From Camelus dromedarius (lineage: Eukaryota), in NCBI RefSeq assembly GCF_036321535.1, contig NC_087438.1, positions 12,154,001 to 12,218,000 of the forward strand: a stretch of DNA of 64,000 nucleotides, given 5' to 3'. Positions 26,901 to 38,900 of this stretch are shown here, in pieces; position 1 is the stretch's first letter, and every line of letters begins with the position of its first letter. A program made the translations under genes and the position numbers. The notes below the pieces were generated by a model. It did not search any database, was not told the DNA's origin, and saw only the letters and a program-made list of their open reading frames with translations.

Positions 26901-29900
26901 CCCACCAGGTAACAGATGGAAAGGTGCTAACTCTAGAGCGAGGCCAATCAGGCCCAAATTCCGCCTCCTCCATGTCCCAGTTGTGGAACTTAGGATGCTT
27001 GACCCTCTGGTCCTGTTTTTCATCTGGAAAATGGGGGCAATTTTAGGATTTATCCCGTAATCCTAGGGAGAGAAGGAAGTGAAGAAATGCAGGCAAAAGG
27101 CTGAGCGTGATGCCCCGCACCTCCCACGTGCTGATGTTAGTTGCTCTTATTATTAAAAAGTTCTATAAAACCTATTGCCACTGCTAATAGAATAAAAGGC
27201 TTCTCAAGAACGTCTTTCAGTCTTCCCTAAATAGAAGATGCTATGGGCTACAAAACAGGGACTGTGGTGGCTTTGCTGGGGCCAGGAAAGGCGGGGAGAC
27301 CGCCTGGCATCCCCATCCTCCAGGCGGCGATGCCTCCCATCACCTCTCATCCCGCCCGGCCCATTCTCATTTTCCTTCTCCCTCTTTGATGTTCTCTGCA
27401 CTCTGAGCACTTGGGAGAAAAGCTGTGGTTCCACTTAAACTGTCACAGACGTCAAAGGGGGAAGGGAGCAGGGCCAGGGAACAGCCCAAGCCTCTCTGTC
27501 TGCAAAGAGAAACCTGGGGCTGGAACAACGTTCTTCACCTCAGTTTCACAACCACCGGACACGATGACCGAGGCAGCCAGTGGAACGCTATCTCACTGGT
27601 CTCCAGGCTGTCTTCATGACAGCAACATGCTTCCATTCAACCTCAAGACACCGGTTTGACTTAAATGTATCTCTTTCATCTGCTTTTGTGGTGCTTTAAA
27701 AACAGCGCCATCTTAACAGGTCTGAAAACTCATCTGAAAAATAAAAGTAGCTGACAAAGTTGTAAATAGGGAATTCTCATGTAGGAGAGTTATTTAAGAC
27801 AAGCTGGAAGATGGAGCATGTCAATCCATGGTTCTAAGCCGATACTTCAGATGGGTTCCCTTTGCCCTAGTCACAGCTCTCCAAGTGACGGGGTGGTCAC
27901 CTGGTACTTCCATTTCTGAAAGTATTACAGTTTTTTAATAACTATTAAAAATTTGTGATCGATTCATGCTGGATCTGAAACAAGTACTGAAAACTGTAAG
28001 GCAAGGACTGTTCCCCCCTCTTTCTCGCTCACAAAACTTCCTAAAGCTAAAAAGCCTCCTGGTTTAAAACATACAAATAGCTAAACTAATCATTATAAGT
28101 TTCTGCATGCTTTCCCTAATTATCCATTTAATAGTGTGAATTTTCAATTCACGAACAAATAAACGTGTAATTTATAATTTTAGCCAAATCAGTACTTGTT
28201 TAACTCCCTCAACAGCTCTCACATACATTACAGACACATGGGTGCTACAAACCCAAGACTGAGATCAGTTTGAAACCTAGCTCTAAGCTTGCACTGAAGA
28301 AAGTAGGTGATACTGGTTAAGATCTCAGGTTCTTGAGCCAAACAGACCAGATCAAAACTAGCTGAGGGATCTTGGCCAAGTCACTTAACAGCTCTAAGTC
28401 TTCATTTTCTCACCTGCGTAACAGGATTAATACAAGTATCTAACTCATGGATTTGCCGTTCCTCATTAAATAGTAGTCACTACCACTAGCATCAGCTTAT
28501 AACTCTCAGGTCATTTTATTGATGAAATATTGCCTGAGGAAGAAGATAATGAACCAAGCTGCTTCCATATTAATTTTTTTCCTGCATTCGTGAATTAAAA
28601 GCATTTGCACAAACATTAGTTTGACATCTCCGGGAGGAGAATGACGTACCGGCTCTCTCTCAGCAAGTTGAGAAGATCATCCCTGAAGGTATCTCTGTTC
28701 TTCTCCAAGATGCCCCGCACATCATACTGCACCTAGTTTTGGAAAATAAACGAGAGAAGGCAGAACTGATAAAAAAATCATTTCGGACAATGAGCATCTC
28801 CTTTAAAAGGCAGAACCATGAAAAGGCATTAGTTCAGTATTTTTATGATTGACTTCTGAAATTACTATTTCTCTAAATATCAAATGGGCAAATATTAGCA
28901 AGGATCTTGATTAAGAAGTTACCTCTCCAGCGTAGTGTTTCACTCCAAAATTGTTGACTGCAACTCTGGGCTTCACGTAAAAGTGGTTATTCTAATAAAA
29001 AACAAATATAGGGTGGGGGGGGGATACAGCTCAGCCATAGAGTTCATGTCTAGTATGCACAAGGGGGTTCAATCCCCAGTACCTCCATTAAAAATTAAGT
29101 AATTAAATAAAAACCTAATTATCTCTCCCCTCAACAAAATGAACAATAACAACAACAAAAAAAAACCCCAACAAATACATATGCCTAATTTCATTCACTG
29201 ATGATTTCCAGAGAAAATTAACTATCACTGACAGTGAAAACAATTTCGAAACCTGCTGAGTTTCAGAGGTTGAGGACACATCCTACAATGCACTTCATCA
29301 AGACCACGTAACTCTGGTCTGTTGTCAGTACACTAGGCTAAAAATGTCAAATTTTATACTCAAACTAAACTTGGGCATATTCTGAGAAGTGGCCCCAAAT
29401 CTATGCCTTTGGCTCATTTCAATTTAGCTCTACCAGTTGGTGAAGCGCTTTCGTTTGAGGAAAAAAATTTAATGTGGGAGGCACAGTGGGGCCAGCAGCA
29501 CTGAAATACGTGCACATCATCTTAGGCCGCAGATCTGCCGCTCAGACACCATGAGGAAAGGGCAGGTTTTGACATACAGCATGTTGGGTGTGTAACTTCT
29601 CCAATAAGGTGCTGTCCGTGGCTTGAGGAAAATGGCTTTCTTCATTGATAAGAGCTAGGAGACCAAGTTTCTGGAAGAGAGGAAAAAGGTTAAATGTGAA
29701 TTAAATGTTGAATGTCTGCCTCTAAATAATTTCACAACTCCTTTCCTTTCTACTCTCTATCAAAGCATTTCTCGGATTGAAAAATTCATAGTGATACACC
29801 ATAAAAGAATTCAATTAATTCCATATTAAAAAACTGAACACACTGCAACCTGGTGGACAAAAGTTTTACAACTGGCCAATCTACTCTTGGTACTGCAAAG

Positions 29901-32900
29901 CTCTTGATGCTACGCAAAGCCACCATTGACTCTTAAAACACTGACTTCAATGAGACAATGGGGTTTGAAGCAGCCAAGTATTTAAATTCAAACTTGCACA
30001 TTCACATTTATGTTTCCAAATGGCCCATTGTGTTCTAAACATTCACATCTTTGATGTGCGTGTTCGTACAAGCTATTTTGTTCCCATACACATGAATCAG
30101 CCCAGCTGGACACCCCTGGGACTGTTAACAATTCTCCAACAGTGTATTACCTTCTCAATCAAGTCCAGGCATTCTCCATTGTCAATCCAGTCAATATCTT
30201 CCCACACTAAGCCTTCTCTGTAGAAAGATTTAAAAAAGGCCAAATTGCAGTAAAATATAGCTTTAAAATTATCCAATTTAGTGGTTGGTTAAAAAAAATT
30301 TATTTTTTTAATGGAGGTGCTGGGGATTGAACCCAGAACCTCGTGCATGCTAAGCATGCTCCCTACCACTGAGCTATACCCACCCCTCTAAAAAATTTTT
30401 GGAAATGCAATTCGGTAAGTACTTACCTGTTATATTCCAGTTGTTCTAAAGAAAAAATATGCTTGTTGAAATATTCCTGAAGTTTCTCATTTGCATAGTT
30501 TATATTGAACTGCTCAAAGTGATTAACCTAAGTGGGGAAACCATCCAACAAATATCGTTAGTACCCTCATTATTTCATCTAAAGGTCAAGAAAAGGCGTC
30601 CAAAAATCTGCAGAGAAAAATATCAATATTTATTTAAAGAGATTTGTTTAAGATTCCCCCACTCTTCAGAAGCATACCTCAAAGTTTTCAAATCCGAAGA
30701 TGTCGAGGATGCCGATAGACTTGAAGTCATCCTTGCCCTTGATCCTACTGTTGATCTTCTTGATCACCCACTCGAAGCAGCGGGCGTAAAGGGCCATGGC
30801 CAAGGAGTCTCTGCTGTCCACCGCCTGCGGGGAGTGGACCCCAGGTCACGGCTCCCAGATGGCCACTCTCAGCCCAGGTGGGAAGCCCAGCCCTGCCCCG
30901 TCCACCCAGGAGACACGCCCGCTTGACAGCCGCGCGCCCGATGTTCAGTCAATCAACACCATCCAGGAAAACCCAGCTGTCTCAAGAAAGGGTGACCTGG
31001 AGCTTGCTTACTGAACCCTGTCAGCAGGGTTCACCAAGAGTCCTTCTAAGTGCCAGGCTTTCAAATTCAACTTTACATCTTGAGTTATAAGAAAGAATCT
31101 GAACCACTACACACAGCTACAAATTCTATCAGGTTGAAAACAGTAATTAAGACCTGACCCTGCTCCTTATATCTTCCTCTCATAGTCTACTTTGTACACA
31201 TGGAAGTTTTCTTCAGGGTATGGTTAGCATTTTTACTTATCCGGCCAAGAAACACTAGATGGGCTAACACATATAACCGGCTCAAGGCAGCAGCAGAGGC
31301 AAAAATAAGAAAAACAACACACTGTAGAGTTGTTTTCATTCAGAATAATTACCAAATAGCTAATTCTTATTTAATCCTTACTCTGCATCCATCATTAAGT
31401 ACTTAGCACATTTTTTTTCAAAATTGTAATTGCGTAATTTATTAAAGTAAATAACTCTTCAGTCAGAGTGCAAAATGAAAGCACCTTATTTTAAAGATGG
31501 GAGAGCAAGAACGCCCATTCTTTTTATTATCATCCTTATAAGAATCCAATGAATTAGGCATGATAATTATTCTTCTCTTACAGAGGAGGAAACTGAGATA
31601 CAGTGAATGAATTTCCCAAGAAATATGAATATAGTAAGTGGAAGCGTCAGGACTCAGACTCAGGGGAATCACCATCAGATCCAATCCTCTTACAGACTCT
31701 GCTCCATTGTCCCTAAGAAGACCACAGAACAGCTCTGTCTGTTCCCCTCAATGTGCATGTCTTCTTTATTTTCACCATGAACCAAACTCATCCGAATGGT
31801 TCACTGTAGTTACTTATTCGAATCAAAGCCCCAGATTGGCAGATCCAGGAGTGTTTTTAATAGTCCCTCTGAGGGCCACACATGTGCGCACCTGCTGAAC
31901 GTTGAGAGGCGTCAGGATCTCCTCCCCGCGGAGGAACATAGATCTCTGGGTCAAGGCATCCGTGAGCTGTGCCGGGTCCAGCCCAAGTAACTCTGCAGAC
32001 CTGCCCAAGGCTGGGAAGGAAGGACAAAGCTAAAGTGAACACACAGCCGTGGGACCCCGAATGGGCGCAAAGCCAACTTCACATAGCAACACGGTCAAGC
32101 AGAGAAAATTCCTAAGTCCTGCAGGCAGGATTTCCAGGACATATTCTCTACTGGTAGGTTATTCACTCCCCTAACGAGTCTTAGGGAATCTGGTGCTAGG
32201 ACCAAATACGGTCCAGAGACCCCAAAGCAGGTTCCCCAGGACCCTGTCAGAAGTCTGCAGGGTCATAACTACTTTCAATAGTAAGACTAAGATGCTATCT
32301 GCATTTTGACTCTCATTCCCTCACCATATACTGAAGTTTCCCAGGGGCTACATGATGTGAGGTAGCTCAGCACATCGAAGGCAGAAGCAGAAGAATCCAG
32401 CTACTCCATTACAGCAGACATTTTAAAAATTCGCAAAAATGAAAGACAATGTCACTCTTCTCACTGATTTTTTGATTATGTTTTGAAAGACTGTCTTTTA
32501 AATAAATAACGACATTTTAATATAGGCAATGGGTTTATTATGATTATTTTAAAGTGAATTTTTTTTTAACTACCTCAGTTTTAATTTCTACTGCAGTAAC
32601 CATCAACAGATATGACCCACAGGAACAAAAGCTCTGTGATCTTAAGATTCAGAGCTGCTGTGACCAAATGTCCCAGAACTACTGGTGTCAGCCCCAGGCT
32701 CCTCGAGGGCCACCCTGACCTTCAGCTCATCCAGTTCCCAGCCTCCACACCCTCATCCATTGCTTCCATCAGAAACACTTAAAAACTAAATCACTCCAGG
32801 AAAATGACAACTGACACTGTTCTGTGGATATTAACTCAACCTTGACAATCCATCTCTGGGGCACTCTACAGATGAGAAGTCACTCGTGTTGAGAGGTGAG

Positions 32901-35900
32901 CTGTAACCCAAGGAGACAGCTTGTGGCAGAGACAGGCTACAAACCAATTAATCTAGCTTGGAAGCTAACGGACTTAACCCTTCCCCTACGCTGGTATTCA
33001 CTAACCATGAATGACTATGGCAACACTACACATCTGACTCGCAACGTTTATCCTCCAATTCTCATCACTCGTTATCTCCTCTTATCCGGCCCATTTTCCT
33101 TCTCAGTGAAAATGAAGACACAGCCCCCATTCCGCTCAGTAATCACTTGTCATGACGCTCTGACCCTTCACGAGCTGACAGTTCACATCAGCTACAGAGT
33201 TCTGGAACTGTTATTCCAGGGGTCAAAAAATTCTCCTGTTAAAGGCCAGACAATAAACATTTTAGATCTAGGAGGCAAACATTTAGATCTTAGGAGGCAA
33301 AAGCCAAGGAAGTAAAGGAGGGAGGGAGGAGTAATCTCACCCGTTTTGAAGGAAACTTGAGCCCCACCGGCAGTGATGAATTCTATGTTCCCAAGGTGTA
33401 ATATACCAGCAAGCAGCCGCAGAACTTCCCGGACCTCCTCCTTGCTAAACTGCATTACCTCCATTGCCGTCTGGAAGAAAATAAGTATTTGATTTTTAAT
33501 TTTTTTTCATACTAAAGGAAATGAAAAATGCTCATTACTCAATACAGTTATAAAGAATTACTCTAATGGCAAGAATGCAAGAAACAGATGCATGCCCACT
33601 CACTTTTGAGTGACAAACACTTCACACAGGTACACAAAAGAAGAGAGGAATATTAAGAAAGAACTGCAGAATACTGAGCGAAGCTCAATCAATGTAATAA
33701 TAAATACCTGCCTTATGTACAAGACTCCTCCTCATGCCGTAAAAGAATGACCTCAGAGTCACAGTAATGACGGTGACAAAGAAATACTGTTTCTACATGT
33801 ATCGAAATGTAATGGAACATTTATCATTTCCTTACACGTAAAGAATGGGGAGGGACATGTCCTGAGATTTTTTCCAGTGTAAACTTTGGGGACTTGTCCT
33901 CATGGTTAAACGCAGCAGGGACTCCAGTAGGAGGAATGAAACTCCCCATTAGGGGCTGTACAGATACAAGAGGCTTCTGCTCCTTTTATGAGAGAGGATG
34001 ACGGAGCATCTGAATGGATCTGCATCTGTCTCCCCTAGGTGGTCATCACATCTCTGCTTTCCATTTCTCCAAAGGATTTCTGAGGTCTTATTTTAGTCTC
34101 TGGATACTAAATGAAAGGTAACGTAATGCTTATTTGGGGAAAATTAAAATCAACAGGCACCTACAGCAAGTATCTAAACTGAAGCCAGTCATCTTGCGAA
34201 TCAGATCCTGTATGATTTCATTTACAGGAAATTCTAGAAAAGGCAAGTCTACACTCTAGTGACTCAAGGCAGATCTGTGGTTTCCCAGGGCTGGGGTGGG
34301 TGGCTGGGAGTGTCTACGAAGAGGGACAAGAAACTTTTAGGGTATATAACTGTCCTTTAGTTTGACTGTGGTTGCGGGTACATGGGTGTGCAAATTCAAA
34401 ATTCACTTTATATACTTTATATGGGAGCACTTTATTATATGGACATTATAACTCAATCAAGTTGGCTACAAGAAATAAAAAGACCATGAATTATTTCATC
34501 AAGGGAGAGAAGACTATCATTTCATGGGTACAGACGGAAATGCTGCAAAGAATAAGAACTATTAGTTGAGTGCTTATCAATTTAAAAACACACTACACAC
34601 ACACACAACTGAGGATGGAATTGCTGGCGATGCTGATGAAACTAACCTACAAAGAGATCTGCGACCCATCACACTACAAGGACCAAGGAGCTGGGGAAGG
34701 AGGAAGCCTCACAGCACTCTGAGGCACAGAAACTGCAAAAAGGAAACAACTGCAGATTTTAATTTCTTTAACAAGGAGAAAAAAACCAGTAAAGCCAAAA
34801 ACAAAGGGCAAAAACAATAGACAGGGAAGCAGAATTAAAAAATGGCAAGGCAAGGGGCCATGGCTATATTGAGAGACATTTGAGTGACAAAAACAAAGTA
34901 GGCACTTCTTGTGAGAGGAAACACAAACCCACAGAGAAATGTTTTCCTTCCTGGAAATCAAACATGCGCAAATTAAAGAAAATGAGATACCTTCTATCAA
35001 GCTAGCAAAAATTTTCTGAATGATAAACCTAAAATGGGTGAAACTGGGGTATTTATGCTCTGGTCACTGGTACTATAAATTTGTGTAATCTTTCTGGAAA
35101 ACAAGACTGTGGGGCAGCAGTGTGCCAGGCCACACAGGTACATAACCTTACAGCCTTCATAGAGACTAAGTAACTTTCTCAGCGTTAACACAACCAAGAT
35201 TCAAAGTCAGGCCCGACAAACCCAAAGTCTGGGAACTTATTACCCACCTACCTCTGTGGCTTTCTAAGGACACAGACACACACACACACAAAACCAATCT
35301 ACACAATCTCCCTTAACTTCTATGCTGGAAACTTGTTTCAAGGAAAAGCTCAAAGGGACACAAAGTTTTGTAAAATATTCACTCCAGTGTTATCTTAACA
35401 CTTTCAGAGAAAAAATTCTTGCCATCCTATAGACAAGTCAAATATAGTAAATCAACTTGTTAGAATAGTGTGTAGTTTTTAAAGGAAATTACGAACATCA
35501 TATAGAAACGACTGCATTTCTGACAGCTTTAAGTAAAAAATTATATTTTTGTAACTCATTTTTCAGGAAAATCAGGCCGGGAAGAAAATTTACAGAACTG
35601 AATAGAGCTGCAATGTTAGTGCCGAGAGGCCAATGAACATTACATTCTGTCACGTCTTTTAATGTTGTTGACATATTTCTACTACAACAGATGAGACTAT
35701 TACTGGGAGAATGGATAAATAAATTGTTGTCTATTCAGTGGAATTCTACTCTCCATAAAAACAAATGTGTGTTATGTGCGGTTTGTATGAAAGGAAGCTA
35801 GACGCAGGAGAATAGATTTTGTATGATTTCATTTACAGGAAATTCTAGAAAAGACAAATCTATACTGTAGGGGCTGAAGGCAGATCAGTGGTTTCCCAGG

Positions 35901-38900
35901 GGTAGGGGTAGGGGGCTGGGCTTGTCTAGGAAGGGGGACAAGAAACTTTCAGGGTGTGTAACTGTCCTTTAGTTTGACTATGGTTGTGGGTACATGAGTG
36001 TGCAAATTCAAAATTCACTTTATATACTTTATATGGGAGCATTTTATTATATGGACATTATAACTCAATCAAGTTGGCTGCAAGAAATAAAAAGACCATA
36101 AATTATTTCATTAAGGGACAGAAGGCTATCATTTCATGGGTACAGACGGAAATGCTGCAAAGAATAAGAGCTATTAGTCAAGTGCTTATCAATTTTAAAA
36201 AGCTTATGGGAAAAAAAGTACTCAAATTTTTTTATTCTAGAAGCAAAGAAATATGGCTAAGAAGTACAGAATATTTATTATGCTCAAGACTTTTAAAGCA
36301 GGGTGAAGGACCAAACCAGACAACAGCAAAATAATTACAAAGCACCTGTGCTGTACAAAATTTAGTCTTTTCCCTTTCTATAATTAAAGTTTTCCTCATA
36401 TATTCCAAGACTGGTTCAACACTAATTTATAAAAATTTTGTAAGCTCATCTGAGAATGACCACAGAAACGAGTATCTTCACTGTTTTAGTCACTGACCTA
36501 GACTTCATAGAACAGTAAAGAAATGAGATCTTCACAGGAGCAGAAAACTTCAACTGTCAAGTAAAAAAGATCAAAAGATGCTCCGTGAAAAAATTCTTGG
36601 ATAAATTCTGAAAACACAATGACTACATGTGGAGATGCAAAAGCCAATGAATAAAATGTGCTTACTATAAACAAATAGCGTGACTTCTTTATGCAAATTT
36701 GTGATTTCTTCACTCTCAAGTTTACCCCTAAGTGAACTAGTTAATTAGTTAGGACTGGGGTGGTAAGTACATTATGAATCACACCATGGGGTAATTTAAC
36801 GGCTGCAACCAATTTATCACCAGTGTGGGCACTAAAACTGCTACCAGGAGCCTCCACTCACTGTCTCCTGTCCTATTTACAGTCTTTTTAGTAGCAATCT
36901 CGACCGCTTTGGCAAGAGTAGCCACTTTAAGCCTCTTTATAATTATCTTATTTTTTTCAACAATATGGCTCAAGACTTAAAAGACTCTGGGAAATTCTCA
37001 GCATAGTTCAGAGGGGCTAAGCAGCACTTGGTGATAGCACTTTAGTTACAAAACTGGCACAGAGTTACGCAGAACATTTTCAATCAAGTCTTTATTCAGC
37101 ACATAAAACCAGGTGTTAGTGCAAGCGTGTGCGTAGGGGGTGGGGGAAGAGGACAAACAGGTGATACAGGTGATACACTCCCCACCAGGGAGGATGGAAG
37201 GAAGTCAGGCTTGTCACACTAGAAACAAACCGAGACGAGGGGCAAATTTAAGGTACAAAAGGGACCACACTTCAAATGCCAGAAACCTTTCATTTCAATT
37301 TAAAAATAAAAGGTAGCAATCACTGAAACTCAGGCCAAGCTCCCAGCATTTCCCTATAGCTAGCAGAAAAAGCAAACAATTCTGAATCAGAAAACTATGT
37401 CCCAAGAGGAAAGCAGGGGAAGCCACAGAGTCCCCTCCCCAGCCTCTCCCAGGACGAGGAAACCCTTGCCGGCCAGGGCGTCCTGGTGGCCAGTGAGCTA
37501 AGCAGTCCGGGTCTGCAGTGACCCTATGACTTGGATAATTAGAAGTCTGTCACCAGAAATAGCCACCTCCTATCACAAAGCATCGTGCATGGAGAAAGCT
37601 TGTGTAGTGAGAGAAGTCAAAGACACCAAAATAAAATCGAGAGAGAAAATTGAAAATATTTCAACATTTCATAAAATCCAGTTTGCAGGGCTAAATCCCA
37701 TGCCACCTAGAACAGGCGCACAGCCAAAGCAGCTGTCTGCAGCAGGCTTTCTGTTAACAGGTTGAAGGAAGGAGAGACGGCGGAGAAACCCCTCTACATT
37801 ATGAATGGCAGGATGCGACATCTTTAAAAGGAAGGCCGAGGGGAAGATGATCATGGTATTACAGCTAATCTGGTTTTAATTTCATTCTCAATTTAAGGGT
37901 ATATACATGAGATGTGAGGAAATGATGTGTGACATATATCCATTTAAAAATATACTTTGCAGAAAGAGAAAGAAAAATACCATACGATATCACCTATATG
38001 TGGAATCTAAAAAAAAAAAAAGACAAACGAACGTATTTACAAAACAGAAACAGACTCACAGACATAGAAAACAAACTTATGGTTATCAGGCGGGGAAGGG
38101 GGTGGGAAGGGATACACTGGGAGTTTAAGAATTGTAGATACAGCTACTATACATAAAATAGATAAACAACAAGTTTATACTGTATAGAACAGGGAGCTGT
38201 ATTCAATACCTTGTAGTAACTTACGGTGAAAAAGAATATGAAAATGAGTATGTGTATGTTTATGTATGGCTGAAGCATTGTGCTGTACACCAGAAACTGA
38301 CACAATACTGTAAATTGACTATACTGCAATAAAAATTATATATACATACTTCGATTCCATTCCACAAGGCATCCTTATGAACAATCTAGAAGAGTCGATG
38401 GGGATAGGGGACAGAGTTGTCAACAACAACCAGGGAAGACAAATCTGGGGTGCAATGAAAGCAGACACTGACTGCCTTCTGATTAGAGTCTGGGATTTGG
38501 AGTTAGACCGTGTTAGATCTCCAGGTGCTGTGTGTGGCTATGCTGGTTACCAACCTCTCTGAGTCACAGAACACAGACAACCCTAGCTTCTAACTTCACA
38601 GGGTCGTTAGAAGCAGAGAGATGGCAAGTCCACATGGTAAGCATTCAGTCAGCGTTAGCTACATTTACGATGAGTCAACTCTAGACCCGCTGGTTCCAAC
38701 TGTGGAAGTAACGACTCCGGTAATAACTGAGATCACGCTGATGACATCTACCAGGTGTCAGGCTTCCTAAATGCAGTCACCTCATAACAAAGTCCCCGTG
38801 ATGTTCAAGAACTGCAGGAGACCACTCGGGTCCACACCTCACAGTCTTAGGATGACAACTGTGCAACCGGAATTGGTTCCTATGAGAACAGGATGAGATC

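Noticed and set aside
26382..27023. 213-aa minus-strand ORF
   Set aside because: Only 26439-26547 (exon 18) is myosin-like; the rest is intronic read-through that begins in a MIR-like fragment
30459..30926. 155-aa plus-strand ORF
   Set aside because: Antisense shadow of MYO10 exons 12-13; no independent support
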